NCBI GenBank assembly: GCA_965215335.1 | Contig: CBDCDA010000002.1 | Location: 864,001 to 928,000 of the forward strand | Length of the DNA: 64,000 nucleotides | Direction of reading: 5' to 3' | Source of the DNA: an uncultured Candidatus Entotheonella sp. | GTDB lineage: Bacteria; Tectomicrobia; Entotheonellia; Entotheonellales; Entotheonellaceae | Shown here: positions 52,238-61,814 of the stretch, in pieces | How positions within the stretch are numbered: position 1 is the stretch's first letter | Layout of the letters: every line of letters starts with the position of its first letter | Translations under genes and position numbers: made by a program | The notes under the pieces: model-generated | Told to the model about the DNA's origin: nothing | What the model saw: the letters and a program-made list of their open reading frames with translations, nothing else | Databases searched by the model: none

Positions 52238-53974
52238 TCAATGGGGTCGGGACGTGGGCTGCAAGCCGCGCAACTGCAGTTCCAGGGTATGGCGGTCGCG
52301 CCAGGTATTGATGACCGGGGTGAAGGCGATATCGAGCGCGCCGCCACCGGCCGCCGCTTCCGCCACTCGGTCGCCCTGCTGAAAGGCGATGACTTCCAGG
52401 CCGGCGCCATCCTGTTCGGCCCGAAAGCGCGCGTGTTGTCCCTCCTGGCCGAGGCGCCGGACAGGTGAGGCGATGTGCACGCCGCAGGCCGCGAAGACCG
52501 GCGCCGGATTGCCCGGCCCGTGCGGCGCCAGGGCCGCCAGCTCATGCACCAGCGCCTCGCTGATGTCAGCGAGTGATATGACCGCTTCCAGCCGCAGGAC
52601 AGGCCGCAGATCGTCCGCTCCGAGGCGGTCGTCGGCGTAGCGGATGAAGGCTTCCTGCAGGGCCGGCAGGTGCTCGGCGGCCATGGTCAGCCCGGCCGCG
52701 TAGCGATGCCCGCCGAACTGCTGCAGCCATTCGGAACAGTGCTGCAGGCCGCCGTACAAGTCGAACGCCGGAATGCTTCGTCCTGAGCCCCTGGCGGTAC
52801 CGCCGTTGATCTGCAGCAGAAACGTCGGGCGGTGATAGGTTTCGGCGATGCGGGCGGCGACGATGCCCACCACTCCCAGATGCCAATCCGCGTCGCCCAG
52901 CACGATGGCCGCTGGCGGCGCGCCGCCATACTGCTGCCCGATGCGTTCGTGCACCGTCTGTTCGACGTTCTGCTGCAGGGTGCGGCGCTGCTGGTTCACC
53001 GCGTCGAGCCATTCCGCCAGGCGCCCGGCCTCTGCGCGGTCACGGGCCATGAGCAGTTCCAGGCTCTGCGCCGCCGACCCCAGGCGCCCGCTGGCATTGA
53101 GGCGCGGCGCCAGTTGAAAGCCCACCTCGCCGACGCTCGCCGCCTTGTCCTGGCGACCGCTCACCTGGCGCAATGCCTGCAGACCCGGCTTGCGCGTCTG
53201 CGTCAGCTCCTGCAGGCCGTGGTGCACGATGACACGGTTCTCCCCGCGAATCGGGGTCACGTCCGCAATCGTTCCCAGCGTTACCAGATCGAGGTGCCGT
53301 TTGAGGTTTGGCAGCCGCTCGGGCAGTATCCCCGCCTGCCGCATGGACGCCCGCAGCGCGGTCAGCAGCTTGAACACCAGGCCGACGCCGCACAGGTACT
53401 TGTTCGGATAGCCGCACGCCGGCTGGTGCGGGTTCAGCACCGCCAGCGCCGCCGGCAGCGCTGCCGGCGGCTGGTGGTGATCCGTGATGATGGTGTCGAT
53501 GCCCAGCTCGCGCGCCAGCGCCACCTCCGCCAACGCCGTGCTGCCGCAATCCACCGTGATCAGCAGGCGCGTGCCCTGCTGCGCCAGCCGGTGCATCGCC
53601 GCGGCGTTGAGCCCGTAGCCCTCGCTCTCGCGTTCCGGAATGTAGGACGCCACCCGTAGCCCCAGCGCTTCGAAGAACGTCATGAGGAGCGCCGTGCCGG
53701 TGACGCCGTCGACGTCGTAGTCGCCGTACACCGCTATCGGCTCGCTTTGCTGCACGGCGGCGATGATGCGGCGGACCGCCGCGGCCATGCCGAGGAGTTG
53801 ATAGGGATCATGCAGGTCGTGCAGCGATGGCGTCAGAAACGTCCGCGCCGATGCGGCATCCGTGATGCCGCGATTGACCAGAACCTGGCAGAGCAGGGGG
53901 GAGAGGGACAGTTCGGCGGCCAGCCGGACCTGGGCGGCGGGATCGGGGGTGGCAACCTGCCATTGCGTCAGCAC
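52238..53974 (-). CDS. recJ: single-stranded-DNA-specific exonuclease
   Basis: YGDYDVDG, TVDCG, TDHH, PRLNASGR, GSGRS, GGHRYAAG. Confidence 0.95.
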   Translation of the reverse strand: MLTQWQVATPDPAAQVRLAAELSLSPLLCQVLVNRGITDAASARTFLTPSLHDLHDPYQLLGMAAAVRRIIAAVQQSEPIAVYGDYDVDGVTGTALLMTFFEALGLRVASYIPERESEGYGLNAAAMHRLAQQGTRLLITVDCGSTALAEVALARELGIDTIITDHHQPPAALPAALAVLNPHQPACGYPNKYLCGVGLVFKLLTALRASMRQAGILPERLPNLKRHLDLVTLGTIADVTPIRGENRVIVHHGLQELTQTRKPGLQALRQVSGRQDKAASVGEVGFQLAPRLNASGRLGSAAQSLELLMARDRAEAGRLAEWLDAVNQQRRTLQQNVEQTVHERIGQQYGGAPPAAIVLGDADWHLGVVGIVAARIAETYHRPTFLLQINGGTARGSGRSIPAFDLYGGLQHCSEWLQQFGGHRYAAGLTMAAEHLPALQEAFIRYADDRLGADDLRPVLRLEAVISLADISEALVHELAALAPHGPGNPAPVFAACGVHIASPVRRLGQEGQHARFRAEQDGAGLEVIAFQQGDRVAEAAAGGGALDIAFTPVINTWRDRHTLELQLRGLQPTSRPH

Positions 53975-53995
53975 GATAGGCTTCCCTCGCCGCGG

Positions 53996-54436
53996 TTATT
54001 CGTTCACACCCTGCGGCTCGGCTTCCGGCGCATCCCCGCGTTTGGAGGAAGGGCTGAGAAACTCCGAGATTTTTCCGAGGAGGCCCCGCTTGGGAAGACC
54101 TCGTTCGGAAGCGGCGAAGCGATTGCCGGTGGCGTCGGCGGGGAAGAGGGTCTTGCGGGATTTCATGCCCCAGGTGTTCTCACTCACCCGATGGCAGGTG
54201 CGGCACTGCGTGGCGGTCGTGTACGGCACGCGGTCATAGAGGGCTTGCATGCGAGGAGCATGGTTGGCGACCTCGAAGGTGCGGTGAATGTGGCACGTCT
54301 GGCAATAGGTGGTGATGACCGTGTTGCTCTCGTCCCCGGGCAATTTGCCCTTGAGAGCCAGGTCGAGCGGCTCGGGAATGCAGGCAGTCGACAAGAAGAG
54401 AGGAACGGTCAGGCAAAGGAACCAGCGGTGCAGCAC
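53996..54436 (-). CDS. putative dihaem cytochrome c lipoprotein
   Basis: Lipobox-like LSTAC; CQTCH and CRTCH. Confidence 0.7.
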   Translation of the reverse strand: MLHRWFLCLTVPLFLSTACIPEPLDLALKGKLPGDESNTVITTYCQTCHIHRTFEVANHAPRMQALYDRVPYTTATQCRTCHRVSENTWGMKSRKTLFPADATGNRFAASERGLPKRGLLGKISEFLSPSSKRGDAPEAEPQGVNE

Positions 54437-54475
54437 GCGCGGCCTCTAGCGAAAAACGGGGAACGGCGAAAAAGA

Positions 54476-54547
<72 letters not shown>

Positions 54548-54571
54548 TCGGTATGGCATACGGCGCCCGTG

Positions 54572-54672
54572 ACCTTACACAAGTCGCCGGGTCGTGTCAA
54601 TTGGTCCCGGCCATCAATCCGGGGAAGGAGGAGGCAGGTGTTTTGACAGCTTCGCAAGCGGTGGCGTATGAT
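54572..54672. promoter_or_regulatory. divergent sigma70 promoters for tRNA-Gly and LLM gene
   Basis: Minus TTGACA(54600)-17-TAAGGT; plus TTGACA(54643)-18-TATGAT. Confidence 0.6.
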
Positions 54673-54735
54673 GCCGCGGCGCGGGGCGGTCCCCAGAAGA
54701 CCAATGGCAGGCTTTCCAGACAGGAGGCGCTCGTA

Positions 54736-55959
54736 ATGAAAGTGAATTGGTTCCACCTCATGCCCTACCCGTATCTGCCGGACGATTTCAAGCAGAAATA
54801 CCGCAGCGTGTGGGTCGACGTGCCGAGCGAATTGTATGACCCGGAGAAAGGGCACACCGTTTATAACGACTATCTGGACGAACTGGAATTCGCCGAACAG
54901 TCGGGTTTTGACGGCCTTTGCGTGAACGAGCATCATGCCAACGCCTACGGTCTCATGCCGTCGCCGAACCTGATGGCAGCGACGTTGACACGGCGCACCT
55001 CGCATGCGGCCCTGGTGGTTTTGGGCAACTCCATCGCCTTGTACAACCCGCCGGTGCGGGTGGCGGAAGAGTTTGCCATGCTCGACGTCATGAGCGGCGG
55101 CCGGCTGGTGGCCGGCTTTCCGGTCGGCAGCTCGATGGATACCAACTATGCGTACGGCGAGGCGCCCGCCTCGCTGCGCGACAAGTACCGCGAGGCGCAC
55201 GACCTGATCATCCAGGCGTGGACGCGGCCCGAGCCGTTCCCGTTCAACGGCAAGCACACCCAATTGCGCTACGTCAACATCTGGCCGCGTCCGCTGCAGC
55301 AGCCGCACCCGCCGATCTGGATTCCCGGCGGTGGCAGCATCGAGACGTGGGACTGGTGCCTGGAGCACGATTACTGCTATTGCTACCTGAGCTATTTCGG
55401 CTACAAGCGCGGCAAGAACGTGCTGGACGGTTTCTGGGAGGTGGTGGACCAGCGGGGCGTGGACCCCAACCCGTACCGGGTCGGCTTTCTGCAACTCGTG
55501 GCGGTGGCTGATACGGACGCGCAGGCCGAGCAGCTGTATGCGGAGCACGCCGACTATTTCTACAACCGCTGCCTGCACATCTACGAGGGCTTTGCCGACG
55601 CGCCGGGCTATCGCACCGTGGAGACGCTGCGGCGTGGTTTCAAGCCGCAGTTCGGCGCCGCCGCCACACAGGCGCGCGACAAGCTCACCTGGAAGGATTT
55701 CGTGGAGCAGGGCTACGTGATCGGCGGCAGCCCGGAGAGCGTGCGGCAGCAGTTGTCGCAAGCCATGCGCGACATGCGCGTCGGGCATCTGATGGTGCTG
55801 TGCCATTTCGGCAACATGCCGCCGGAATTGACGCGCCACAATACGGAGCTGTTTGCGAAGGAAGTGATGCCCCACATGAAGACCATGTGGGGCGAGTACG
55901 AGGACTCCTGGTGGCCGCAGCCTGCGGCGGAGCGAGCGGTGCCGGCGCCCTTGGCGTAA
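54736..55959 (+). CDS. LLM class flavin-dependent oxidoreductase
   Basis: NEHH..PSP, RVAEEFAMLDVMSGGRL, PRPLQQPHPPIW. Confidence 0.92.
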   Translation: MKVNWFHLMPYPYLPDDFKQKYRSVWVDVPSELYDPEKGHTVYNDYLDELEFAEQSGFDGLCVNEHHANAYGLMPSPNLMAATLTRRTSHAALVVLGNSIALYNPPVRVAEEFAMLDVMSGGRLVAGFPVGSSMDTNYAYGEAPASLRDKYREAHDLIIQAWTRPEPFPFNGKHTQLRYVNIWPRPLQQPHPPIWIPGGGSIETWDWCLEHDYCYCYLSYFGYKRGKNVLDGFWEVVDQRGVDPNPYRVGFLQLVAVADTDAQAEQLYAEHADYFYNRCLHIYEGFADAPGYRTVETLRRGFKPQFGAAATQARDKLTWKDFVEQGYVIGGSPESVRQQLSQAMRDMRVGHLMVLCHFGNMPPELTRHNTELFAKEVMPHMKTMWGEYEDSWWPQPAAERAVPAPLA

Positions 55960-56001
55960 CGTTGTGCGGGCGCATCGGGAAACCCGTCCGCGTTTCTCCG
56001 C

Positions 56002-57774
56002 CTAGAATTCCCAGAACATCGGAATCAGCATCACCGCAGTGCCCCACACCAGAATGCTGAGCGGCAATCCCAGTTTGACGTAATCGCTGAAGCGGTACCC
56101 GCCCGGCCCGAAGACCATCAGGTTGGTCTGATAGCCGATAGGGGTGACGAAGCTCGCCGCCGAGCCGGTCATGATGGCGATGGCAAACGGCATGGGGTCG
56201 GTCCCCAGGGTGTCGGCGGTGTGCAAGGCGATGGGGAACATCAGCACCGCCGCGGCCTTGGCGTTGATGATGTTGGTGAACAGCATGGTGACGCCGCAAA
56301 TCACCGCCAGCAGCAGGCGCGGGTCGCTACCGGCCATCGCCAGCAGTCCGGTCGTCATCCAGGTGGCCGCACCGCTCGTTTCCATGGCGCGCCCGATGCC
56401 GAGCGACGCCGCGATGATGAGCAGCATTTGCCAATCGACGCTGCGCAGGGCCGCCGCCGCGGTGCAACAGCCGGTGGCGATCATCAGACCGGTGACGATC
56501 AAGGCGGCGTTGAGCATGCTCATGGGCGTCAGCGTGACGGCCAACACCATGGCGCCGAGCAGCAACAGGGCCAGGGGCGCTTTGTCGTGGCGCGGCGGTG
56601 CCGAGTCTTCGATCTGCGAGACCAGGTAAAAATCACGGCTGTTGCGCTGCTGATCGGCGAACGAGGCGCGGGCTTCCAGCAGCAGCGTATCGCCCGCCTG
56701 CAGGGCGATGTCGCCAACCTTGCCGTGGAGGCGCTGTCCGTTGCGTGCCACGGCAATGACGGCGGCATGGTAGCGGCTGCGGAACTGCCCGCGGCGAATC
56801 GTTTGGCCGATGATGGGGCAGGTGTCCGATACGACGGCCTCGACGAGGCGGCGGTTGGGGCGCGGTTCGTCGATCTTGTAGACCTGGTCGGTGGCGGGTT
56901 CCAGGCCGCGAATTCTCTGCAAGTCAACGACCGATTCGACGATGCCCACGAACACCAGCCGGTCTTGCTCACGCAACGTCACGTTGGACGACACGGCTGG
57001 CAGCACCTCCCCCAGGCGGTCGATTTCCATCAAATAGAGTCCCGGCAGGTGCCGCAGGCCGGCTTCCTCGATCGTCTTGCCCGCCAAGTGGCTGCCAACC
57101 GAAACCACCATTTCCACCGTGTATTGTCGCACGTCGTCTTGCGGGCTGAGGACCGGGCGGCGATCCGGCAGCAGGCGGCTGCTGCACAGCAGCAGGAACA
57201 CCAGGCCCACCACGGCGCAGGGCAGGGTGACGGCGGTGATGTCGAACATGCCGAGGCTTTTGTCGGCGCCGAGTTCGGACAGAATGAGGCCATTGACGAC
57301 CAGGATGGTGCTGGTGCCGATGAGGGTGCAGGCGCCGCCGAGGATGGAGGCGAAGGACAGCGGGATGAGCAGTTTGGAGATGGAAATGCCCTGTTTGCGC
57401 GCCCAGTCGTGCAGGACGGGGAGCATGGCTGCCACCAGCGGGGTGTTGTTCATAAAGGCGCTGAGCGCCGCTACCGGTCCCATGATGCGCACCTGCGCGG
57501 CGCCGAGCGAGTGCGGTCGGCCGAGCAATGGCTCCGCCAGCCAGTGCATGGCGGCGGTCTCGCGCAGGCCGGTGACCACCGCGAACAGTACCGCAACGGT
57601 GATCATGCCGGGATTGGCAAAGCCGGCGAGCATGTCCTTTTCGGTGACGATCCCCAGGGTGAACAGGAGCGTCAGGCCACCTAGCAGCACGAGGTGTGGC
57701 GATAGCCGGGTGCAGATGAGCAGCCCCAGCAGAACCACAATCACAGCCAGCGTAATGAGGGACTCCAGACCCAT
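56002..57774 (-). CDS. SLC13-family permease with two TrkA-C domains
   Basis: SAFMNNTP, GGACTLIGTS, TPIGYQTNLMV.GPGGY. Confidence 0.92.
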   Translation of the reverse strand: MGLESLITLAVIVVLLGLLICTRLSPHLVLLGGLTLLFTLGIVTEKDMLAGFANPGMITVAVLFAVVTGLRETAAMHWLAEPLLGRPHSLGAAQVRIMGPVAALSAFMNNTPLVAAMLPVLHDWARKQGISISKLLIPLSFASILGGACTLIGTSTILVVNGLILSELGADKSLGMFDITAVTLPCAVVGLVFLLLCSSRLLPDRRPVLSPQDDVRQYTVEMVVSVGSHLAGKTIEEAGLRHLPGLYLMEIDRLGEVLPAVSSNVTLREQDRLVFVGIVESVVDLQRIRGLEPATDQVYKIDEPRPNRRLVEAVVSDTCPIIGQTIRRGQFRSRYHAAVIAVARNGQRLHGKVGDIALQAGDTLLLEARASFADQQRNSRDFYLVSQIEDSAPPRHDKAPLALLLLGAMVLAVTLTPMSMLNAALIVTGLMIATGCCTAAAALRSVDWQMLLIIAASLGIGRAMETSGAATWMTTGLLAMAGSDPRLLLAVICGVTMLFTNIINAKAAAVLMFPIALHTADTLGTDPMPFAIAIMTGSAASFVTPIGYQTNLMVFGPGGYRFSDYVKLGLPLSILVWGTAVMLIPMFWEF

Positions 57775-57810
57775 GCCAAACTCCGTGAAGGGATGCGGTC
57801 GGCCGTCGCT

Positions 57811-58221
57811 CTATCCCTGGCGATCCGGCCCGGCGCTTTCAATGGTGATGCGGATGAGCACGCGCTGGTCCCGCTGCATGGCGCGTCGGTAATCGTCCCA
57901 GTCGGGGTGCTCGCCGGCGAGTTGCCGATAATAGTCCACCAGCGGTTCCATGGCCTCGGGCAGAGAGACGATTTCGGCGGTGCCGTTGACCTGTACCCAC
58001 GGGCCGGTGAATTCGTCGACGAAAACGCACAGCGATGCCTGCGGGTGACGGCGCAGGTTGCGGACCTTGTAGGCGGTTTCTCGGCTGCTGACAATCGCCC
58101 GCCCGGCGGCGTCGAGGCCGACGGTAACCGGCGACATCTGAATCTGGCCGTTGCGGCGTGTGGTGGCGAGAACCGCGCATTCGTTATCACGCAGGAATTG
58201 TTGCGCCTCGGCGATATCCAT
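57811..58221 (-). CDS. PPOX class F420-dependent oxidoreductase
   Basis: AVLATTRRNG.IQMSPV, KVRNLRRHP, GEHPDWDDYR. Confidence 0.88.
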   Translation of the reverse strand: MDIAEAQQFLRDNECAVLATTRRNGQIQMSPVTVGLDAAGRAIVSSRETAYKVRNLRRHPQASLCVFVDEFTGPWVQVNGTAEIVSLPEAMEPLVDYYRQLAGEHPDWDDYRRAMQRDQRVLIRITIESAGPDRQG

Positions 58222-58253
58222 GGCTTGTTCCTTCATGTCGGCAAGGGTGGGTT

Positions 58254-59072
58254 TCAAATCCGTTCGCTCGTTTGGCTCAATGCCCGACGCGACACCATAC
58301 CGTTCAAACGGCGCACCACCGAACGCGGCAACACCGCGATGAGTGTCGTCAGCACCTGGTAGAGCGGTCCGGGTATGCACACCAGGGTGCCGTGGCGCAG
58401 GGCGGCCAGCGACGCCTCGACCACGTAGTCGGGGCTCATCCAGGCGAAGGACGGGACGTTCTGCAAGGCGGCGCCGGTGCGTTCCTGGAACTCGGTGCGC
58501 GTGAAGCCGGGGCACAGGGCCTGGACGCGCACGCCGGTGCCGCGCAGTTCTTCGTGCAGGGCCTCGGTGAAGCTGTTGACGAACGCCTTGCTGGCGTTGT
58601 AAGTGGCATGGTACGGGCCGGGCAGCAGCCCTCCTACGGAGGACACGTTGATGATGCCGCCCAGGCCGCGGGCGATCATCCCTGGCAGTGCGGCGTGGGT
58701 GAGGCGGGAGAGTGCCACGACGTTCAGGCGAACCGCGGCTTCGTCACGGTCTGGATCCAGCGCCGCGAAGCGCCCGATGGTGCCGAGGCCGGCGTTGTTC
58801 ACCAGGACCGTCAGGGCGGCATCGCTCGCCACGTGGCTCTCGATGGCTTGCAGGTCCGTGGCTTGGGTGAGATCGGCCACCCGTACCTGCACGGCCACCT
58901 CGTAGCGGTTGCGCAGGCCGTCGGCCAGGGTTTCCAGTCGTGCGCGCCGCCGGGCGACGATCACCAAGTCGAAGCCGCGGCGCGCCAGCGCCTCGGCGAA
59001 TGCTGCACCCAGCCCCGACGAGGCGCCCGTTACCCAAGCTCGCCGCCGGGTGCGGCGGCCCAATCCTCGCAT
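58254..59072 (-). CDS. SDR oxidoreductase
   Basis: TGASSGLG, NNAG, YNASK, LCPGFTRTEF. Confidence 0.9.
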   Translation of the reverse strand: MRGLGRRTRRRAWVTGASSGLGAAFAEALARRGFDLVIVARRRARLETLADGLRNRYEVAVQVRVADLTQATDLQAIESHVASDAALTVLVNNAGLGTIGRFAALDPDRDEAAVRLNVVALSRLTHAALPGMIARGLGGIINVSSVGGLLPGPYHATYNASKAFVNSFTEALHEELRGTGVRVQALCPGFTRTEFQERTGAALQNVPSFAWMSPDYVVEASLAALRHGTLVCIPGPLYQVLTTLIAVLPRSVVRRLNGMVSRRALSQTSERI

Positions 59073-59282
59073 TGCGGTGTCCTTTCATCTGGGTCGCCCG
59101 CATCTTGGCGGCGCGGCGCCCGTGGGACAGGTCTCGAACCTGGCGCCCTGTTTCCTGATCCGTTCAATGGTTCCATTGTACACAACCCTCGCCCGTACCG
59201 GAAACGGCCCTCCCCTTGACTTGATCGGTTATAATTATTTCACTTCGGTGTTGCCTGTCTTCGCCTGGCAAGGAAATCCCTC

Positions 59283-59769
59283 GTGTCGATTGAAGCAACC
59301 ATCGCCACCGGCCTGATCGAACGCGGTTGGCGCCTGGCGCTGGCCGAGACCACCACTGGCGGTCTGATTTCGGCGCGTTTCGTGCGCCTGCCGGGCAGCT
59401 CGGCGTATTTCGACCGTGGCGTCGTGGCCTACAGCCAGATGGCGAAGGTCCAGGCGCTCGGCATCGACCCGGGCGTTACCAAGGTGCACGGCGTGGTCAG
59501 CGTCGCGTCGGCCCGCGCCATGGCGGCGGGATTGCAGCGGCTCAGTCAGGCCGAACTGGTGTTGGCCGAGACGGGCATCGCCGGGCCAATCCGCGGGCGC
59601 TCTCCCAAGCCGCTGGGGACGACGTACTTCGCGCTTCACACCCCGACTGGCATGCTGGATGCCGAGGCACGGTTCGATGGCGATCGCCATGGCATTCAGG
59701 AACAGATCGTCAACCACGCGCTCGACATCATGGCCGGCTACCTTGGCGCCGCCGCGGTGGGGGGGTTAG
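59283..59769 (+). CDS. CinA C-terminal domain / NMN amidohydrolase (PncC-like); stop apparently shifted by a G run
   Basis: LAETTTGG, GSSAYF..GVVAYS, GVVS, TGIAGP; TAG is in frame if the G7 run at 59759-59765 were G6. Confidence 0.8.
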
Positions 59770-60717
59770 ATGGAAGTCATGCCGGTCGTGCGGCCTGCCG
59801 CCCTTCAGGAAGGCGACTGCATTGGCCTGGCGGCGCCGGCCAGCCCGTTCCGGGAGGCGGCGCTGCACGAGGGTATCGAGGTGCTGCAGGAGATGGGTTT
59901 TCGGGTGCGCTACGAGCCGCGCGTGTTCGAGCGCTACCGTTATCTTGCCGGCCGGGACGTCGAGCGCGCCGCCGAGTTGCAGACCCTGTTCGCCGATCCG
60001 GACATCAAGGCCATTTTCTGCTGCCGTGGCGGTTACGGCTCGCAGCGGCTGCTTCCCTTCCTCGACGCCAGCGCCATCCGCGCCCATCCCAAGCTCTTCA
60101 TGGGCTACAGTGACCTCACGAGCTTGCTGTGCTATTTCGACGCCTGCTGTGGACTTGCGGCCCTGCACGGCCCCGTGGTGTGTGGCGATTTTCGTCGCGA
60201 TCTGAGTGCCGCGGCGCGGCGGCAGTTGCTGGGTGTGCTGACGGGGGACATGGAGGCCATGCAACCGCCGGATGCCTGTCAGGAGGGCCTCACGGTGCTG
60301 CAGGCAGGCGACGCCGAGGGACGCTTGTCGGGAGGGTGCCTGTCGGTGTTTGCCGGCGCCATCGGTACGCCGTTCCAGCCAGGCACGCGGGGCGCCATTT
60401 TGTTCCTGGAGGATCAGAGGGAGCGCCTGTACGCCATCGACCGTCTGCTGACGATGCTGAAACTCTCTGGTCTCCTCAAGGGCGTGCGCGGCCTCGTGTT
60501 CGGGCGCTTCGAACGGGTCGAGGCCGACGCCCATTTGTCCTACGACGCCAAGGACGTCATTGTCGACGTGCTAGGGGAACTGGGCATTCCGATTCTGTAC
60601 GGCTTTCCCTCGGGCCACTGCCCGCAGCCGTTGACCCTGCCGTTTGGCGTTGGAGCGGCGATTCGCGGTGGGCGGCTGGTGCTGTGCGAGTCGCCGGTCA
60701 CGGCGCGGGATTGTTGA
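59770..60717 (+). CDS. ldcA: LD-carboxypeptidase (peptidase S66)
   Basis: RGGYGS, GYSDLT, HGP, LFLED, GH. Confidence 0.9.
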   Translation: MEVMPVVRPAALQEGDCIGLAAPASPFREAALHEGIEVLQEMGFRVRYEPRVFERYRYLAGRDVERAAELQTLFADPDIKAIFCCRGGYGSQRLLPFLDASAIRAHPKLFMGYSDLTSLLCYFDACCGLAALHGPVVCGDFRRDLSAAARRQLLGVLTGDMEAMQPPDACQEGLTVLQAGDAEGRLSGGCLSVFAGAIGTPFQPGTRGAILFLEDQRERLYAIDRLLTMLKLSGLLKGVRGLVFGRFERVEADAHLSYDAKDVIVDVLGELGIPILYGFPSGHCPQPLTLPFGVGAAIRGGRLVLCESPVTARDC

Positions 60718-60719
60718 AC

Positions 60720-61814
60720 ATGCGGCAACTCGATGCTTATCTTCGGCAATCCGTAGCCTGCGGTGACGTGCCAGGAGCGGTCGTGTGCGTGGCGCACCGG
60801 GGCGAGGTGGTGTGGCACGAAGCGTACGGCGCCGCGGCGTGGGTGCCGGAACGACGTGTGATGCGGTGCGAGACGCTTTTCGATATCGCCTCGCTGACCA
60901 AGGTAATGGCCACGACGCCGCTGGTGCTGGGGGCGCATCGGGATGGCGTCCTGCGGTTGGACGATCCGCTGCGGCGTTTCTACCCGACCGTGCGGGGAGA
61001 CGTGGGGGCGGTTACCGTTCGGCAATTGCTGTCGCACAGCGGCGGGTTTGCCGCCTGGTTGCCCCTGTACACCATGCTGGGGGCGGGCGGCACGGCATGG
61101 CAACGGCGACGGCACGCGACGGCGCTGATTGTGCAGGAACCGCTGGCCTATCGGCCGGGGCAAGCGTCGGTCTACAGCGATTTGGGGTTCATCGTGCTCG
61201 GCGACATTCTGGAAACGTGTTATGGGCAGTCGCTCGAGGTCCTGTTCGAGCAACGGGTAGCCCGGCCGTTGCACCTGCGCCGGGTCGCCTATCGGCCGCT
61301 CGACGCATCGGCGTCCGGCGGTGATGCGTCGGCTTGCGCCGCCACGGAGCGTTGCGACTGGCGCGGACGGGTATTGTCGGGTGAGGTGCACGACGCCAAC
61401 GCCTGGGCCATGGGCGGTGTTGCCGCACACGCCGGCCTGTTCGCCACCGCCGCCGGGGTGTGGGAGTTTGCGTGCGCCATGCTGGAAGCCGCCGCCGGAC
61501 GGCGCGGCTGGCTACCAGCCGCCTTGTTGCGTCGGAGCTGGCAGCGGCAGGGCGCGCCGTCGGGCACCACGCGGGCTCTGGGATGGGACACGCCGACGCC
61601 GGGGCGCTCCAGCGCCGGATCGTTTTTCAGCGCGAAAGCCGTTGGGCATCTGGGGTTCACGGGGTGTAGCCTGTGGATCGACCTCGAGCGGCAGGTCAGC
61701 GTTGTTCTCTGCACCAATTGCGTGCATCCATCGCGGCGGGCCGACAGCATGGCCCGGCTGCGGCCGCGGGTGCACGACCTCGTCATGGGCGCCTTGGGAG
61801 TGGCCACGGCGTGA
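60720..61814 (+). CDS. serine hydrolase, beta-lactamase family
   Basis: FDIASLTK, LLSHSGG, YSDLGF, GEVHD.NA, GHLGFTG. Confidence 0.88.
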   Translation: MRQLDAYLRQSVACGDVPGAVVCVAHRGEVVWHEAYGAAAWVPERRVMRCETLFDIASLTKVMATTPLVLGAHRDGVLRLDDPLRRFYPTVRGDVGAVTVRQLLSHSGGFAAWLPLYTMLGAGGTAWQRRRHATALIVQEPLAYRPGQASVYSDLGFIVLGDILETCYGQSLEVLFEQRVARPLHLRRVAYRPLDASASGGDASACAATERCDWRGRVLSGEVHDANAWAMGGVAAHAGLFATAAGVWEFACAMLEAAAGRRGWLPAALLRRSWQRQGAPSGTTRALGWDTPTPGRSSAGSFFSAKAVGHLGFTGCSLWIDLERQVSVVLCTNCVHPSRRADSMARLRPRVHDLVMGALGVATA

